Counted from the first letter of the stretch, positions 29,103 through 39,114 are shown. The stretch is 64,000 nucleotides of DNA from an uncultured Candidatus Bathyarchaeia archaeon (GCA_964427455.1 CAYRUY010000002.1:3474-67473), one strand, 5' to 3'. Notes: generated by a model not told the origin, from the sequence alone. Program-made: numbers and translations.

Positions 29103-29130
29103 CCGCTTTACCCTCTGTCCTCATCTACAG

Positions 29131-32007
29131 GTGCTCTTCGAGAACAAGGGGGCCGTGAGGACGTTGAATGCCTTCCGTCTCCTTTCCAAGCCGCTCGTTG
29201 ACGCGCTGCGGCAGGAAGGCATAGATCGGCCTACGAGGATCCAGGAACAGGCCATACCTGTGATCCTCTCTGGGAAGAACGCGTTGCTGATAGCCCCAAC
29301 AGGGACAGGAAAGACCGAGGCGGCATGCCTCCCTGTTTTTGAGCTCTTCCTCAGGGAGAGAGCACAAGGACCGTCGAGGGGGATATCGATACTATATCTT
29401 ACGCCCCTGCGCGCCTTGAATCGAGATGTCTTCAGGAGACTCCTCGACATCGGCGAGAGGGTCGGCGTCAAGGTCCAAGTAAGGCACGGTGACACCGGGA
29501 CGACTGCAAGGAGGCTCCAGGCGCTAGAGCCCCCCTCCATGCTGATAACCACACCCGAGACACTGCAGGCAATACTTCCCGGAAAGCGGATGAGAGAACA
29601 CCTCCGTGAGGTGAAATGGGTTGTGGTTGACGAGATCCATGAGTTGGTCGCCGACAAGAGAGGCGCCCAACTGTCCCTAGCCTTAGAGCGACTGACTGAG
29701 CTTTCGCCGCGCCCCTTGCAGAGGATAGGCATCTCGGCCACGGTAGGTGAACCTCAACTGGTTGCCAGGTTCCTTACGGGTGGAAGAGACGTGGCGATCG
29801 TGAAAGCCGTATCGCCGAAGGAGGTCTCCGTCTGGGTCGAAAGCCCTACACCAACGATTGAGGATGAGAAAGAAGCTAAGAGGCTGCTGATCTCAGCCGG
29901 CGCGGTGGCGAGGATGAGGAGGATTCTCACCCTGATGGAGACAAGCAGTCCGATGCTGATCTTCACGAACACACGGGAACACGCGGAGGCTCTTGCCTCG
30001 AGGATGCTCTCCATGAGGCCGGATCTGAGGATTGGGGTCCACCACGGCTCATTGTCAAGGGAGACTAGGGTAAGGACTGAGAGAGACCTGAGGGAGGGGG
30101 CTCTCAAGGCTGTGATCTGTACCTCTTCTTTGGAGTTGGGCATCGACATAGGCAGCCTTGAGTTCGTAGCCCACTACATGTCCTCGAGGCAGGCCACTAG
30201 GCTTGTTCACCGGATTGGGAGAAGCGGTCATCACATCGATGGTAAGAGCTCTGGCTGCATCATCGCCAGTTCCCCTGACGACATTCTAGAGTCCGCAGTT
30301 CTCGCGAGGAGAATGATGGAGGGCAGGCTTGAAAGGCCTAGGATGCAACGTGGAGCGCTTGATGTCCTAGCCCATCAGCTCGCTGGGCTTTCGCTGGACC
30401 GGTGGAAACTCTCCCTCGGGGAGGCTCTCGCTTTGGTCCATCGCGCACTGCCCTTCCGCCACCTCGGGGTCGAGCAGCTAGCGGCTACGGTCAGACAGTT
30501 GTCAAAGACGGGCATGCTCTACCAGGCTGCGGACTCCATCAGCAGAAGGGGGAGGAGGCTTCACGAATACTACTTTCGCAACATCTCGATGATCCCTGAC
30601 GTGAAGCAGTTTGAGGTCTACGACTTCCTGGGGCGGAGGAGCGTCGGTACCCTAGACCAAGAATTCGTGGGAAGAAACGGGGTGGCCGGAACCGAGTTCA
30701 TCATGCACGGTCAGACATGGCGCATCCTCAGCGTCGACGAGGAAGAGCAACGCGTGGACGTGGAGCCAGTCCGTGAAAGCCTAGGGGCCATTCCCAGCTG
30801 GGAAGGTGAGATAATCCCTGTCCCGATGGACGTTGCCGAAGAGGTTGGGAGGCTTCGCGAACAGATCGCTGGTGAGGCCCAGAGAAACGGCGACCCAGCG
30901 CTACCCCTCAAGCCGTATCCTCTCACCGAGGAGGCGAGGTCGAAAGTCATCGACTACGTCAAGAGACAGATCGACGAAGGATTCGAGCTGCCTGGCAGGG
31001 ACACCTTCGTTGTTGAGGCGTTTGAAAGGTTTGTCGTACTGCATTCCTGCGCTGGGGATATGGCGAACGAAGCGCTTGGCAGAGCCCTAGCAGCGGTCTT
31101 AAGCAGCAGGTTCGGCGCAACCGTAGGCGTGCAGGTCGACGCGTACAGGATCGTCCTCATGGGCGGAGGCGTATTCGGGCCTGAAGATGTCGTCAAGGAG
31201 CTTGCCTCACTCAAGCCGAGGGACATAAGAACAGTGCTTGACGCAGCCTTGCCTGAAACCTCGCTCTTCGCCTGGAGGCTCTGGCAGGTAGCCAAGAGGT
31301 TCGGTATAGTTGAGAGAGAGGCCGACTACAGGCTGTCGCTCGCCCGGACCCTTGTGAGAACTCTGAAGGACTCGCCCGTCTTCGAGGAGACGGCAAGAGA
31401 GATCCTCTTTGAGAAGTTGGATGTGGGAGGAGCGGAGAGGATCGCGCGGAAGATAGCGAATGGCAAGGTGAGGATGCTTGCGTCCTATGGGTCAGAGCCT
31501 TACTCGCCTATGGCCTACCCGATTCTCGACAGGCTGACTCCGCATGACCTCCTCAGACCGGCTTTACCGACGCATGATGTGGCCACGATCGTCAAGGAGC
31601 GGCTGGAGAACGAGAGGGTCAAGCTCGTCTGCATCGCCAAGAACGACTGGGAGGCCATATACCCCGTAAGGCTTCTAACGGAGCCGGTTAGATGTCAGAA
31701 GTGCGGTTCGGCCCTCGTGGCCGTGACCTTCCGCCAAGACTTCGAGCTTCGGAAGATCCTCTCAAAGCGACAAAATCGAGCGAGACTCACCCCAGACGAA
31801 CAGAAGAAGTTCCTAACGGCGTGGAAATCAGCCAATGTCGTTCAGAGCTATGGGAAACGAGGTGTCCTCGTCCTCGCAGGTAGAGGAGTCGGGCCGACCA
31901 CTGCGATAAGAATACTGCGGGGATACTACAGGAATGAGGACGAACTCTACTACCGGGTCCTCAAGGCTGAACGCGACTACATCAGGACGAAGCCGTTCTG
32001 GGACTGA
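29131..32007 (+). CDS. lhr: Lhr-like SF2 helicase with C-terminal Zn ribbon (paralog 2)
   Basis: APTGTGKT, DEIH, SAT, TSSLELGIDIG, HRIGRSGH, SMIPD, C-terminal C...CQKC, RTKPFWD end. Start may be GTG 29155. Confidence 0.9.
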   Translation: MLFENKGAVRTLNAFRLLSKPLVDALRQEGIDRPTRIQEQAIPVILSGKNALLIAPTGTGKTEAACLPVFELFLRERAQGPSRGISILYLTPLRALNRDVFRRLLDIGERVGVKVQVRHGDTGTTARRLQALEPPSMLITTPETLQAILPGKRMREHLREVKWVVVDEIHELVADKRGAQLSLALERLTELSPRPLQRIGISATVGEPQLVARFLTGGRDVAIVKAVSPKEVSVWVESPTPTIEDEKEAKRLLISAGAVARMRRILTLMETSSPMLIFTNTREHAEALASRMLSMRPDLRIGVHHGSLSRETRVRTERDLREGALKAVICTSSLELGIDIGSLEFVAHYMSSRQATRLVHRIGRSGHHIDGKSSGCIIASSPDDILESAVLARRMMEGRLERPRMQRGALDVLAHQLAGLSLDRWKLSLGEALALVHRALPFRHLGVEQLAATVRQLSKTGMLYQAADSISRRGRRLHEYYFRNISMIPDVKQFEVYDFLGRRSVGTLDQEFVGRNGVAGTEFIMHGQTWRILSVDEEEQRVDVEPVRESLGAIPSWEGEIIPVPMDVAEEVGRLREQIAGEAQRNGDPALPLKPYPLTEEARSKVIDYVKRQIDEGFELPGRDTFVVEAFERFVVLHSCAGDMANEALGRALAAVLSSRFGATVGVQVDAYRIVLMGGGVFGPEDVVKELASLKPRDIRTVLDAALPETSLFAWRLWQVAKRFGIVEREADYRLSLARTLVRTLKDSPVFEETAREILFEKLDVGGAERIARKIANGKVRMLASYGSEPYSPMAYPILDRLTPHDLLRPALPTHDVATIVKERLENERVKLVCIAKNDWEAIYPVRLLTEPVRCQKCGSALVAVTFRQDFELRKILSKRQNRARLTPDEQKKFLTAWKSANVVQSYGKRGVLVLAGRGVGPTTAIRILRGYYRNEDELYYRVLKAERDYIRTKPFWD

Positions 32008-32247
32008 GACCCAGCCCCGCTTTGGGTCTTAAGCTAGATTCAACTGGGTTTAAAGATCCGTCTTGGGCTTCCCAAGAAGCGCGCTCTTCTTCGCACAAGG
32101 ATTCTTCCCTCTTAGCCCATCACATGAACTGCTACGGTGTTTCAGCGACAGTCAGGCTGGCCAGGGTCGGGTTCTCTCCTGAGCGGTTAAGCCTCTGTCC
32201 GAGCAATCCTTAAAGGAGTTCAGGCGGTAATAGGGCGACGATGGACG

Positions 32248-33984
32248 TTGGAGGCAACACCAGCCCATTCTAAGCCTGAGCATGCGATCCCTAGGATTCC
32301 GGTAATGGAAGCCGTTATCGACATCCTTGAAAGTGAGGGGGTCAAGGCGGTCTTCGGCATCCCTGGGGCAGGCATTCTTCCTTTCTACAGCGCTCTTCAG
32401 CATTCGAAGACGATCAAGCACTACTTGGTGAGGCATGAGGAGGGCGGCACGCACGCGGCCGACGGCTACGCGAGAGCGAGTGGAGAAGTAGGCGTGGTCG
32501 TCGGCACCTCCGGTCCGGCTGGGACGAATATGGTGACCGGACTGTACGCGGCCAAGGTAGACTCCGTACCTCTCGTCGCGATCACCGGCCAAAACGTGAG
32601 AGCCCAACTCGGTAAGGAAGCTTTCCAAGCGGTTGAGATCGCTGAGATCGTTCAACCGGTCACGAAGAAGAGCTACTGCGTGAAGGAGACAGCGCAGATA
32701 CCACAGGTCTTCCGCGAAGCCTTCAGGATAGCCCGGGAGGGAAGGCCGGGGCCCGTCCTGATCGACCTTCCCTTAGACGTGCAGAGAGCCGAGGTTGCCT
32801 ATGACCCAGCGTTAGACGCACCTTTGGAGATCGTGAAGCTCGGGCCTAACATGGAGGCAGTCAGGCAGGCCGTTGAGATGGTCCTCGAGGCTGAACGTCC
32901 AGTGCTCCTGATGGGCGGAGGCGTCATAGGCTCCGGGGCGTGCGAAGATTTCGTTAAGCTTGCCGAATACCTCTCCGTTCCGGTTGTAACGACTCTGATG
33001 GCGAAGGGTGGGATCAGGCCAGACCATCCGCTCTACGCGGGGCAGGTCGGAGTCTTCGTGAGCACTCGACTCGGGAATCAGGTCTTCTTGGGCGCCGATC
33101 TCGTGCTCGGGGTGGGCTGCCGGTTCTCTGACAGACACACAGGAGACTTAGGGATCTACACGAAGGGGCGGAAGTTCATCCACGTCGACATTGAGCCGAC
33201 GCAGATAGGGAGGATCATTCCCTTCGACCTTGGGATAGTCTCGGACGCGAAGCTCGCCCTTCAGGCGATGCTTCAAGTTGCGCGCGAGAAGACGCCGCGG
33301 AGAGATCCGAGCGCAAGGGTCAGGGAGATCCCTGAGCTGAGAAGACGGCTCTCGCGAAGAATGGATTTCGACGATGTCCCGATCAAGCCGCAGAGGGTCT
33401 TCAAGGAGATCAACGAGTTCTTCGACGAGGAGACGATCTTCGTCACCACGATCGGGCTGAACCAGATGCTCTCCTCGCAGCTTCAGGACGTGCACAAGCC
33501 GCGACATTACCTTGTGCCGGGCGGAGCCGGGCCTCTCGGCTGGGACCTTCCAGCCGCGATCGGGGTGAAGATAGCACGCCCGGACAAGGTCGTCGTCGAC
33601 ATCGTGGGCGACTATGGCTTCGGCTTCTGCTGCGAAGAGCTGGGGGTCGCATGCATGTATGACCTGCCTGTAATAGTGGTCATCCTAAATGATGGACACC
33701 TTGGGCTTATCCGTCAGACCGAGAAGTACGTCTACAACATGCATTTCGAGGTTGACACCTGGTACTCAGACCACAGGATCGGCTATCCGAGGCTGATCGA
33801 CTTCGTCAAGTTCGCCGACGCCTTTGGAGCTACGGGAGAGAGAGTTGAGAGGCCTCAGGACATAAGGGCAGCACTCGAGAACGCCGCCAAAGCAGATGTG
33901 CCGTACATCATCGATGTGATAATCCATCGGGAGACCGACGTCTCCACAGGAACCGCTCTGAACTCTGTCGTCGAACGAGAATGA
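32248..33984 (+). CDS. gcl: ThDP-dependent glyoxylate carboligase-like enzyme
   Basis: GTSGPAGT, KEAFQAV, RHTG..YTKGRKFIHVDIEPTQIGR, IKPQRV..E.N, VTTIGL.Q, AGPLGW, LGLIRQ recall bacterial Gcl more than AHAS. Confidence 0.75.
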   Translation: MEATPAHSKPEHAIPRIPVMEAVIDILESEGVKAVFGIPGAGILPFYSALQHSKTIKHYLVRHEEGGTHAADGYARASGEVGVVVGTSGPAGTNMVTGLYAAKVDSVPLVAITGQNVRAQLGKEAFQAVEIAEIVQPVTKKSYCVKETAQIPQVFREAFRIAREGRPGPVLIDLPLDVQRAEVAYDPALDAPLEIVKLGPNMEAVRQAVEMVLEAERPVLLMGGGVIGSGACEDFVKLAEYLSVPVVTTLMAKGGIRPDHPLYAGQVGVFVSTRLGNQVFLGADLVLGVGCRFSDRHTGDLGIYTKGRKFIHVDIEPTQIGRIIPFDLGIVSDAKLALQAMLQVAREKTPRRDPSARVREIPELRRRLSRRMDFDDVPIKPQRVFKEINEFFDEETIFVTTIGLNQMLSSQLQDVHKPRHYLVPGGAGPLGWDLPAAIGVKIARPDKVVVDIVGDYGFGFCCEELGVACMYDLPVIVVILNDGHLGLIRQTEKYVYNMHFEVDTWYSDHRIGYPRLIDFVKFADAFGATGERVERPQDIRAALENAAKADVPYIIDVIIHRETDVSTGTALNSVVERE

Positions 33985-34075
33985 CGGGGAAGGAAGGAAA
34001 GATCGCAGTAAGGCTTACGCGCCCACCACGATCCTCGTGAGTACACGGCGTGAGATCCGCATATAGCCGTAACCC

Positions 34076-35248
34076 TCACTCGACTCGGAGGCCCATTGCC
34101 TCCGCTACAACCTCCGTAATATCGAGCATCCGAACAGAGCTGCCTGAGGCCGCTATCGCGTCGGAGATGTTCAGCTTGCATGCGGGGCAACTTGAGACGA
34201 TGACCTCTGCGTTAGCCGAACGTGCCCCTTCGAGCTTCTTCGACGCTAGAGTCAGGGCAAGATCGGGGTACGTTGCCTTGAGCATGCCTCCCCCGCCACA
34301 GCACGCAGCGGTCGCTTTGTTCCTCTCAAACTCGGCGAGGCTAAGCCCGGGCACCATGCGAAGAACCGTCCTAGGCGGCTCGTAGAGGCCGAGATGTCTC
34401 CCGAGGTCACAGGGATCGTGATAGATGGCCTTGACCCCTAGCGATCGCGCGAACCTCAGCCTGCCAGAAGCGCGTTCTTTCTCAAGCAGCTCTGTTATGT
34501 GCATCACGTTCAGCCCTTTCTCGCCGACCAGCCGAGGATACTGCTCGGCAAAGGTTCTGGCGCATCCAGGACAGGAGGTTACGAGAGTCTTCGCGCCTTT
34601 TCCGCGGAGAGCCCTCAGGTTCCTAGTCGCTACCTCTCTAGCCATCGAGACCTGCCCTGAGAGTAGCAAGGGGTTGCCGCAACACCATTCGTCCTCGCCC
34701 AGAATCGACCAGTCAAGGCCGAGCGCCGAGAGGATCTGGCTTGACGCTGAGGCGATACCCATCGCTCTACCAGACATCGATGAGACGCATCCTGGGAAGT
34801 AGATCACATCAGCCCTCTCCGCGTTGGGAACCAGGCCGTCCAGCCCCATGTAGCCTATCCAGTCAGTTCTCGCCTCGGCGGGCAACTCGTAGATGCCGTG
34901 GCTCTCGTTCACATTCCTCACTGCGGCCTCCGCACCTTCAGGTATGAGACCGCGCTCCGCCAGGTAGGCTCTCGCCGCGAGAATGGCGTCATTGGTCTCT
35001 ACGCCCGGCGGGCATCGCCAGAGACAGTATCCGCAGAGAGCACACTCGTAAAGGCGCGACATCACATATTCGTTCGCTTCGCCGCGACGGTCCAAGAGCA
35101 TCTTAATGAGCTGCATTCGTCCCCTTGGGCTGCCGCTCTCCCAGCCGACGACCCCCCAGGTGGGGCACTGAGCCCTACAGTAGCCGCACCGCATGCATCG
35201 CTGGACCTCTTCCCTGTACCTCTCGAGGTCAAAGTGATCGCCGGCCAC
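34076..35248 (-). CDS. glcF: GlcF/HdrD-like Fe-S oxidoreductase (two ferredoxin motifs plus CCG domains)
   Basis: CMRCGYCRAQCP, CALCGYCLWRCP, FPGC, WCCG, HDPCDL, ACCGGGG, CPAC. Confidence 0.8.
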   Translation of the reverse strand: MAGDHFDLERYREEVQRCMRCGYCRAQCPTWGVVGWESGSPRGRMQLIKMLLDRRGEANEYVMSRLYECALCGYCLWRCPPGVETNDAILAARAYLAERGLIPEGAEAAVRNVNESHGIYELPAEARTDWIGYMGLDGLVPNAERADVIYFPGCVSSMSGRAMGIASASSQILSALGLDWSILGEDEWCCGNPLLLSGQVSMAREVATRNLRALRGKGAKTLVTSCPGCARTFAEQYPRLVGEKGLNVMHITELLEKERASGRLRFARSLGVKAIYHDPCDLGRHLGLYEPPRTVLRMVPGLSLAEFERNKATAACCGGGGMLKATYPDLALTLASKKLEGARSANAEVIVSSCPACKLNISDAIAASGSSVRMLDITEVVAEAMGLRVE

Positions 35249-35250
35249 CT

Positions 35251-36735
35251 TCAGGTCGCCTCTAGTGGGATCGGTCCTCCCTTGCCCTTGCCCGGGTTCA
35301 GTATAAGGTTCGGGTCCAGCAGCTGCTTTATGCTCCTCATCACGTGAACGGCCGCGCCATGCTCCTCCTCGATGTACTTCGCCCTCACTATGCCTATTCC
35401 ATGCTCACCCGTCACGCTTCCGCCGAGAGGAAGCACGATATCATTGTACAGTATGTCGAGCGCCATCAGGAAAGCGTCTCGCTGCTCTCCGATACGTTCA
35501 TCGAAGATGAAGGTAGGGTGCATGTTCCCATCGCCTATATGGCCGAAGTTGCCTAGGTCGAAGCCCTCGACCTGAATCCGCGACGGGATCCTCGCTATGC
35601 TCGACGCCGCCTCCGGGACCTTCGTCGGCAGAACCGTACAGTCCTCGATGATCGTGGACGGCCTCAGACGTGCGAGAGCTGGTAGAGCAGCCTTCCGAGC
35701 CGTGATGAGCCTAAGCCTGTACTCGGGTTCGAGGGCCTTCTCAACGTGGCTGGGCCGTTGCTCCCGGCAGATCTGCAGACACTTCTCTAGGGATTCGGCA
35801 ACCTCGGCCTTTGACCCGCCGCAGTCAATCAGCAGGAGATTGCCCCTCGGAAGGCCTGTGACCCCGGCGTAATCGAACGCCGCCTGTGTAGTCTTCTCAT
35901 CCATAAACTCTAGCATCTCTGGAACTATTCCTGCGCGCCTGACCCGGGTCGCGGCTCTGGCCAAGTCTTCAACGGAGTCGTAGAGAAGCAGCCCGGTGGC
36001 ATAGCTCTCCGGGACCGGTATCACCTTCAGCCCTATCTTCGTCACGACACCAAGCGAGCCCTCGGAGCCCACGATCAACCTCGTCAGGTCATAGCCTGAA
36101 GCCGACTTGAGAGTCTTTGACCCTGTCGTGATCGCGTCACCATTCGCCAAGACGACCTCAAGCCAAAGCACGAACTCCCTCGTCGACCCATATTTTATCG
36201 TCCTGTTCCCCGCAGCGTTGGTGTTAACCATGCCACCGATGGTACAGGCGGGGCTACTCGCCGGGTCGGGAGGAAAGAAGAAGCCCTGCTTCATCAAGTG
36301 GTCATTGAGATCGTCGCAGACCACGCCAGGCTCGACGACGACCATCTGGTTGTCTAGGTCGGTTGAGAGCACACGGTTCATCCCTGACATGTCTAGCAGT
36401 ATGCCGCCAGCGACAGGCAGGGGCGAACCCGCCGCGCTCGTGCCGCCTCCGCGCGGAGTAACCGGGATCCTCAGTCTATTGGCGAGGTTGAGAGTGCTCG
36501 CCACTTGGTCAGTTGTGGCCGGGCGAATCACGACATCGGGACTGTACGTGTATATGGTGGAGTCCCTCGAGTAGCAGATGAGGTCCTCCGGCCTTGCTGA
36601 GAGATTCGACGCACCCACGATGGCTTCCAGTTGCTTAACGACGGCTGGAGTCACTCTGCCATAGCGCGGCAAATCTAGACAGCCTTCCTTCCTACTGCCT
36701 TCAATCCCCGCAGACCTTGGCAGGAGCTCTACCAC
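35251..36735 (-). CDS. glcD: GlcD-like FAD-linked 2-hydroxyacid dehydrogenase subunit
   Basis: PRGGGTS, VEPGV, FPPDPAS, TIGGMVNTNAAG, GYDL..L..GSEGSLG, GHIGDGNMHP, GEHGIG, NPGK. Confidence 0.85.
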   Translation of the reverse strand: MVELLPRSAGIEGSRKEGCLDLPRYGRVTPAVVKQLEAIVGASNLSARPEDLICYSRDSTIYTYSPDVVIRPATTDQVASTLNLANRLRIPVTPRGGGTSAAGSPLPVAGGILLDMSGMNRVLSTDLDNQMVVVEPGVVCDDLNDHLMKQGFFFPPDPASSPACTIGGMVNTNAAGNRTIKYGSTREFVLWLEVVLANGDAITTGSKTLKSASGYDLTRLIVGSEGSLGVVTKIGLKVIPVPESYATGLLLYDSVEDLARAATRVRRAGIVPEMLEFMDEKTTQAAFDYAGVTGLPRGNLLLIDCGGSKAEVAESLEKCLQICREQRPSHVEKALEPEYRLRLITARKAALPALARLRPSTIIEDCTVLPTKVPEAASSIARIPSRIQVEGFDLGNFGHIGDGNMHPTFIFDERIGEQRDAFLMALDILYNDIVLPLGGSVTGEHGIGIVRAKYIEEEHGAAVHVMRSIKQLLDPNLILNPGKGKGGPIPLEAT

Positions 36736-36806
36736 TAGCGTACATAGGTTCTCTGAACCACATGTGCAAGGGTTCCGCTGGGTACGTCACTTGACGACGC
36801 GCGGAC

Positions 36807-37271
36807 CTAGGCTCTCTTGCCCTTCTTGACACGTTCCTCAATCTCCCTCTTCAACCACTCGTAGATGGCTTCGCCGCGTATCGTGTTGGCTAGCTCCTGC
36901 TCGATGTTGCCCGTGGCCTGCACCTTCACGAACCATCCCTCGCCGTAGGGGTCCTGGTTGACAAGGCCTGGCCTTGTCCTAAGTGCCTGGTTCACTTCCT
37001 TGACGACCCCTGTGATCGGCGCCTTTAGTCTCTCAACCCATTTCGCTGATTCCAGTGTACCAAAGGCCCTTTCAGGTGTCAGCGGTGTGCCCTCCTTAGG
37101 CAGCCGTATGAACATGATTCGCCCGAGGAGCTTCTGTCCCATATCGTCGAATCCCACCGTGAGGATGCCAGCAGGCTCCCTTCTTATCCAAAGGTGTCTG
37201 TCAGTGTAATATAACGAATCAGGAAGGTTGTATCCTTCGAGCTCAACCATGCTCTGTTGCCTCGCGGGCAT
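36807..37271 (-). CDS. gcvH: Glycine cleavage H-like lipoyl carrier protein
   Basis: YYTDRHLW, VGFDD, lipoyl-Lys motif ESAKW, AP..G.V.EVN, VNQDPYGEGW. Confidence 0.88.
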   Translation of the reverse strand: MPARQQSMVELEGYNLPDSLYYTDRHLWIRREPAGILTVGFDDMGQKLLGRIMFIRLPKEGTPLTPERAFGTLESAKWVERLKAPITGVVKEVNQALRTRPGLVNQDPYGEGWFVKVQATGNIEQELANTIRGEAIYEWLKREIEERVKKGKRA

Positions 37272-37574
37272 GAAACTGAGCCGGCATCATGCCTGCGCAA
37301 CTCATAAGGGTTTGCTGGACAATCCGGCGCTGCATTCCGTCCTCACCCGTTCACTGCGCAAGGAGGCGAACCGTAGCTCTCGCTCCGGTAGTTGACGGCA
37401 CCGCACACGCACCCATCCAGCTCATGCTCACACCGCGGGGCGCACAATGATCCTTCTAGATGAGAGAAAAGGGAAAGACTGGGGGTACTACGCCGCCGAC
37501 GGTTCTCTCGTTACGGCCGGCAACCCGATCCATCGCTTTCGCCAGTGGCGCTGCCGCTTTTTCATGGTCTCGAC

Positions 37575-38372
37575 TCAGTCTCGCGTTAGTCCCTTATCCA
37601 AGGTGTCTGCGAGCTCTCGGACCGTCGTTACGGCTCTGCAGGAGGGAGCGAAGTCGACCGGAGCGACTCTCGACATGTCAGCCTCCTCGACCGGTCGGTC
37701 GTATGGCACTATGGTAAAGGGGGACAGTCCCTCCTCCGCTAGGGCATCGCGTAGGAACTTCTCCTCAGCCTCGTCTCTCACCTTGTTGCCGATGAAAAGG
37801 GTCTCCCGGACTTGAAGCTCTTTTGCCAATGCAAAGATCCTGAGGCTGGTCTGAATCGACTGGGTTCTTGGCTCAACTATGTCTAGCAGCACGTCGAAGC
37901 CCCTGACGACGCCGCGACCAAAGTGCTCAAGCCCTGCCTCTGTATCCACCACGACGTCTTCTTCCTTGCGCGTCAAGTGATGCCTTAACAGCGCCCTCAG
38001 CAATGCGTTCGCAGGACACATGCATCCAGCTCCAGCCGCCTTTACAGTCCCAAGGACGAGCAGACGAACCCCATCCGGTGCTTGTAGTCCATACGTCTCG
38101 ACTATGTCGTGAACCCTCGGCGCTAGATTGAAGACTGAGCCCGTGGCTCCCGGCCTAGTCCCAGTCCTCTCTTCGACGAGGTCAAGGTTGTCCGACAGAG
38201 GGAGAATCGAGTGCGCCTCCTGAGCAGATACTCCCAGCGAGTAGGCGAGGTTCATCGCTGGGTCTGCGTCTATGGCAACGACTCGCCGGCCCTTGCTGCC
38301 GAGCATCCGCGCGAGCGTTCCGGCGATGAACGTCTTTCCGACACCGCCCTTCCCTGCGACTGCAACCTTGAA
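37575..38372 (-). CDS. cooC: CooC/AcsF-like ATPase (Ni-insertion/maturation family); start anomalous
   Basis: KVAVAGKGGVGKT, IDADP..NL, GCMCP, DTEAGLEHFGRG, GNKV. The Walker A motif lies upstream of the ORF-track start and has no in-frame canonical start before it. Confidence 0.8.
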   Translation of the reverse strand, partial: FKVAVAGKGGVGKTFIAGTLARMLGSKGRRVVAIDADPAMNLAYSLGVSAQEAHSILPLSDNLDLVEERTGTRPGATGSVFNLAPRVHDIVETYGLQAPDGVRLLVLGTVKAAGAGCMCPANALLRALLRHHLTRKEEDVVVDTEAGLEHFGRGVVRGFDVLLDIVEPRTQSIQTSLRIFALAKELQVRETLFIGNKVRDEAEEKFLRDALAEEGLSPFTIVPYDRPVEEADMSRVAPVDFAPSCRAVTTVRELADTLDKGLTRD

Positions 38373-38463
38373 CTTACCCGGGCCCCCTGGTCAACGGTTG
38401 GATCTCGCCCATCGCCGGAATTAAACGCTGCCATGACGTTCTGGCCCTGGGGACGAGTGACGA

Positions 38464-39114
38464 TCACCGGCGGGAAACGCCTTGACCTATAGTAGGGCGC
38501 GCTGACTTTCCCATAAAGAGGTTGAAACCCTTGCTTCCATAGAGGCCCGAGACCAAGATGCCCACGACGAAAAGCTCGATGAAGGCTTTGATGAGGATCG
38601 TCGCCGTGATGGGGATGAGTACGAAGCTTGGCGTTCCGAATACGAGGGGGAACACTACGAGGAAGAGTAAGGCCGTGAACACGGCTTCTGGAACGTACGC
38701 CAAGACGGCAATAAGGGCGACGACGAGTCGATTTCGGGACCGTCTCGGTGGCCCCATTGACCTCAGCAGAATACCGCTGAAGATTCCCGTGAGAGCCTTG
38801 CCCACGGGAAGGCCGAATCCTGTCACTAGGTTGCCTTTCGAGAACCCGAATTGGACCGCCGCCACGAATCCACCTACAAGACCAGTCAAACCTCCCACGA
38901 GGGGCCCTCCACATAGGGCGGCGATGATAGTTGCAACATGAGACAGATCCAGGGCAATGGAAACGCTATACGGGCCTAGAGGAACCGTGGGCGTGAGGGG
39001 CGCTGCCAGCGTGGACATCCATGAGAGAACATTGCCTAAAGCTCCCATGACGGCGATGAAAGCCACCGCTTTCGTTCTCTCGACAGAACTTGGTCGACCA
39101 ACAGCCTGAGTCAT
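38464..39114 (-). CDS. ECF transporter S component-like membrane protein
   Basis: IAVMGALGNVL...SIALDLSHVATIIAAL.GGPLVGGLTG pattern and about six hydrophobic helices. Confidence 0.7.
   Translation of the reverse strand: MTQAVGRPSSVERTKAVAFIAVMGALGNVLSWMSTLAAPLTPTVPLGPYSVSIALDLSHVATIIAALCGGPLVGGLTGLVGGFVAAVQFGFSKGNLVTGFGLPVGKALTGIFSGILLRSMGPPRRSRNRLVVALIAVLAYVPEAVFTALLFLVVFPLVFGTPSFVLIPITATILIKAFIELFVVGILVSGLYGSKGFNLFMGKSARPTIGQGVSRR

Noticed and set aside
37272-37574. Small gene or C/D sRNA between gcvH and cooC (ORFs 37447..37815 and 37460..37717)
   Set aside because: Both ORFs overlap cooC antisense and lack motifs; no intact C and D box pair found.
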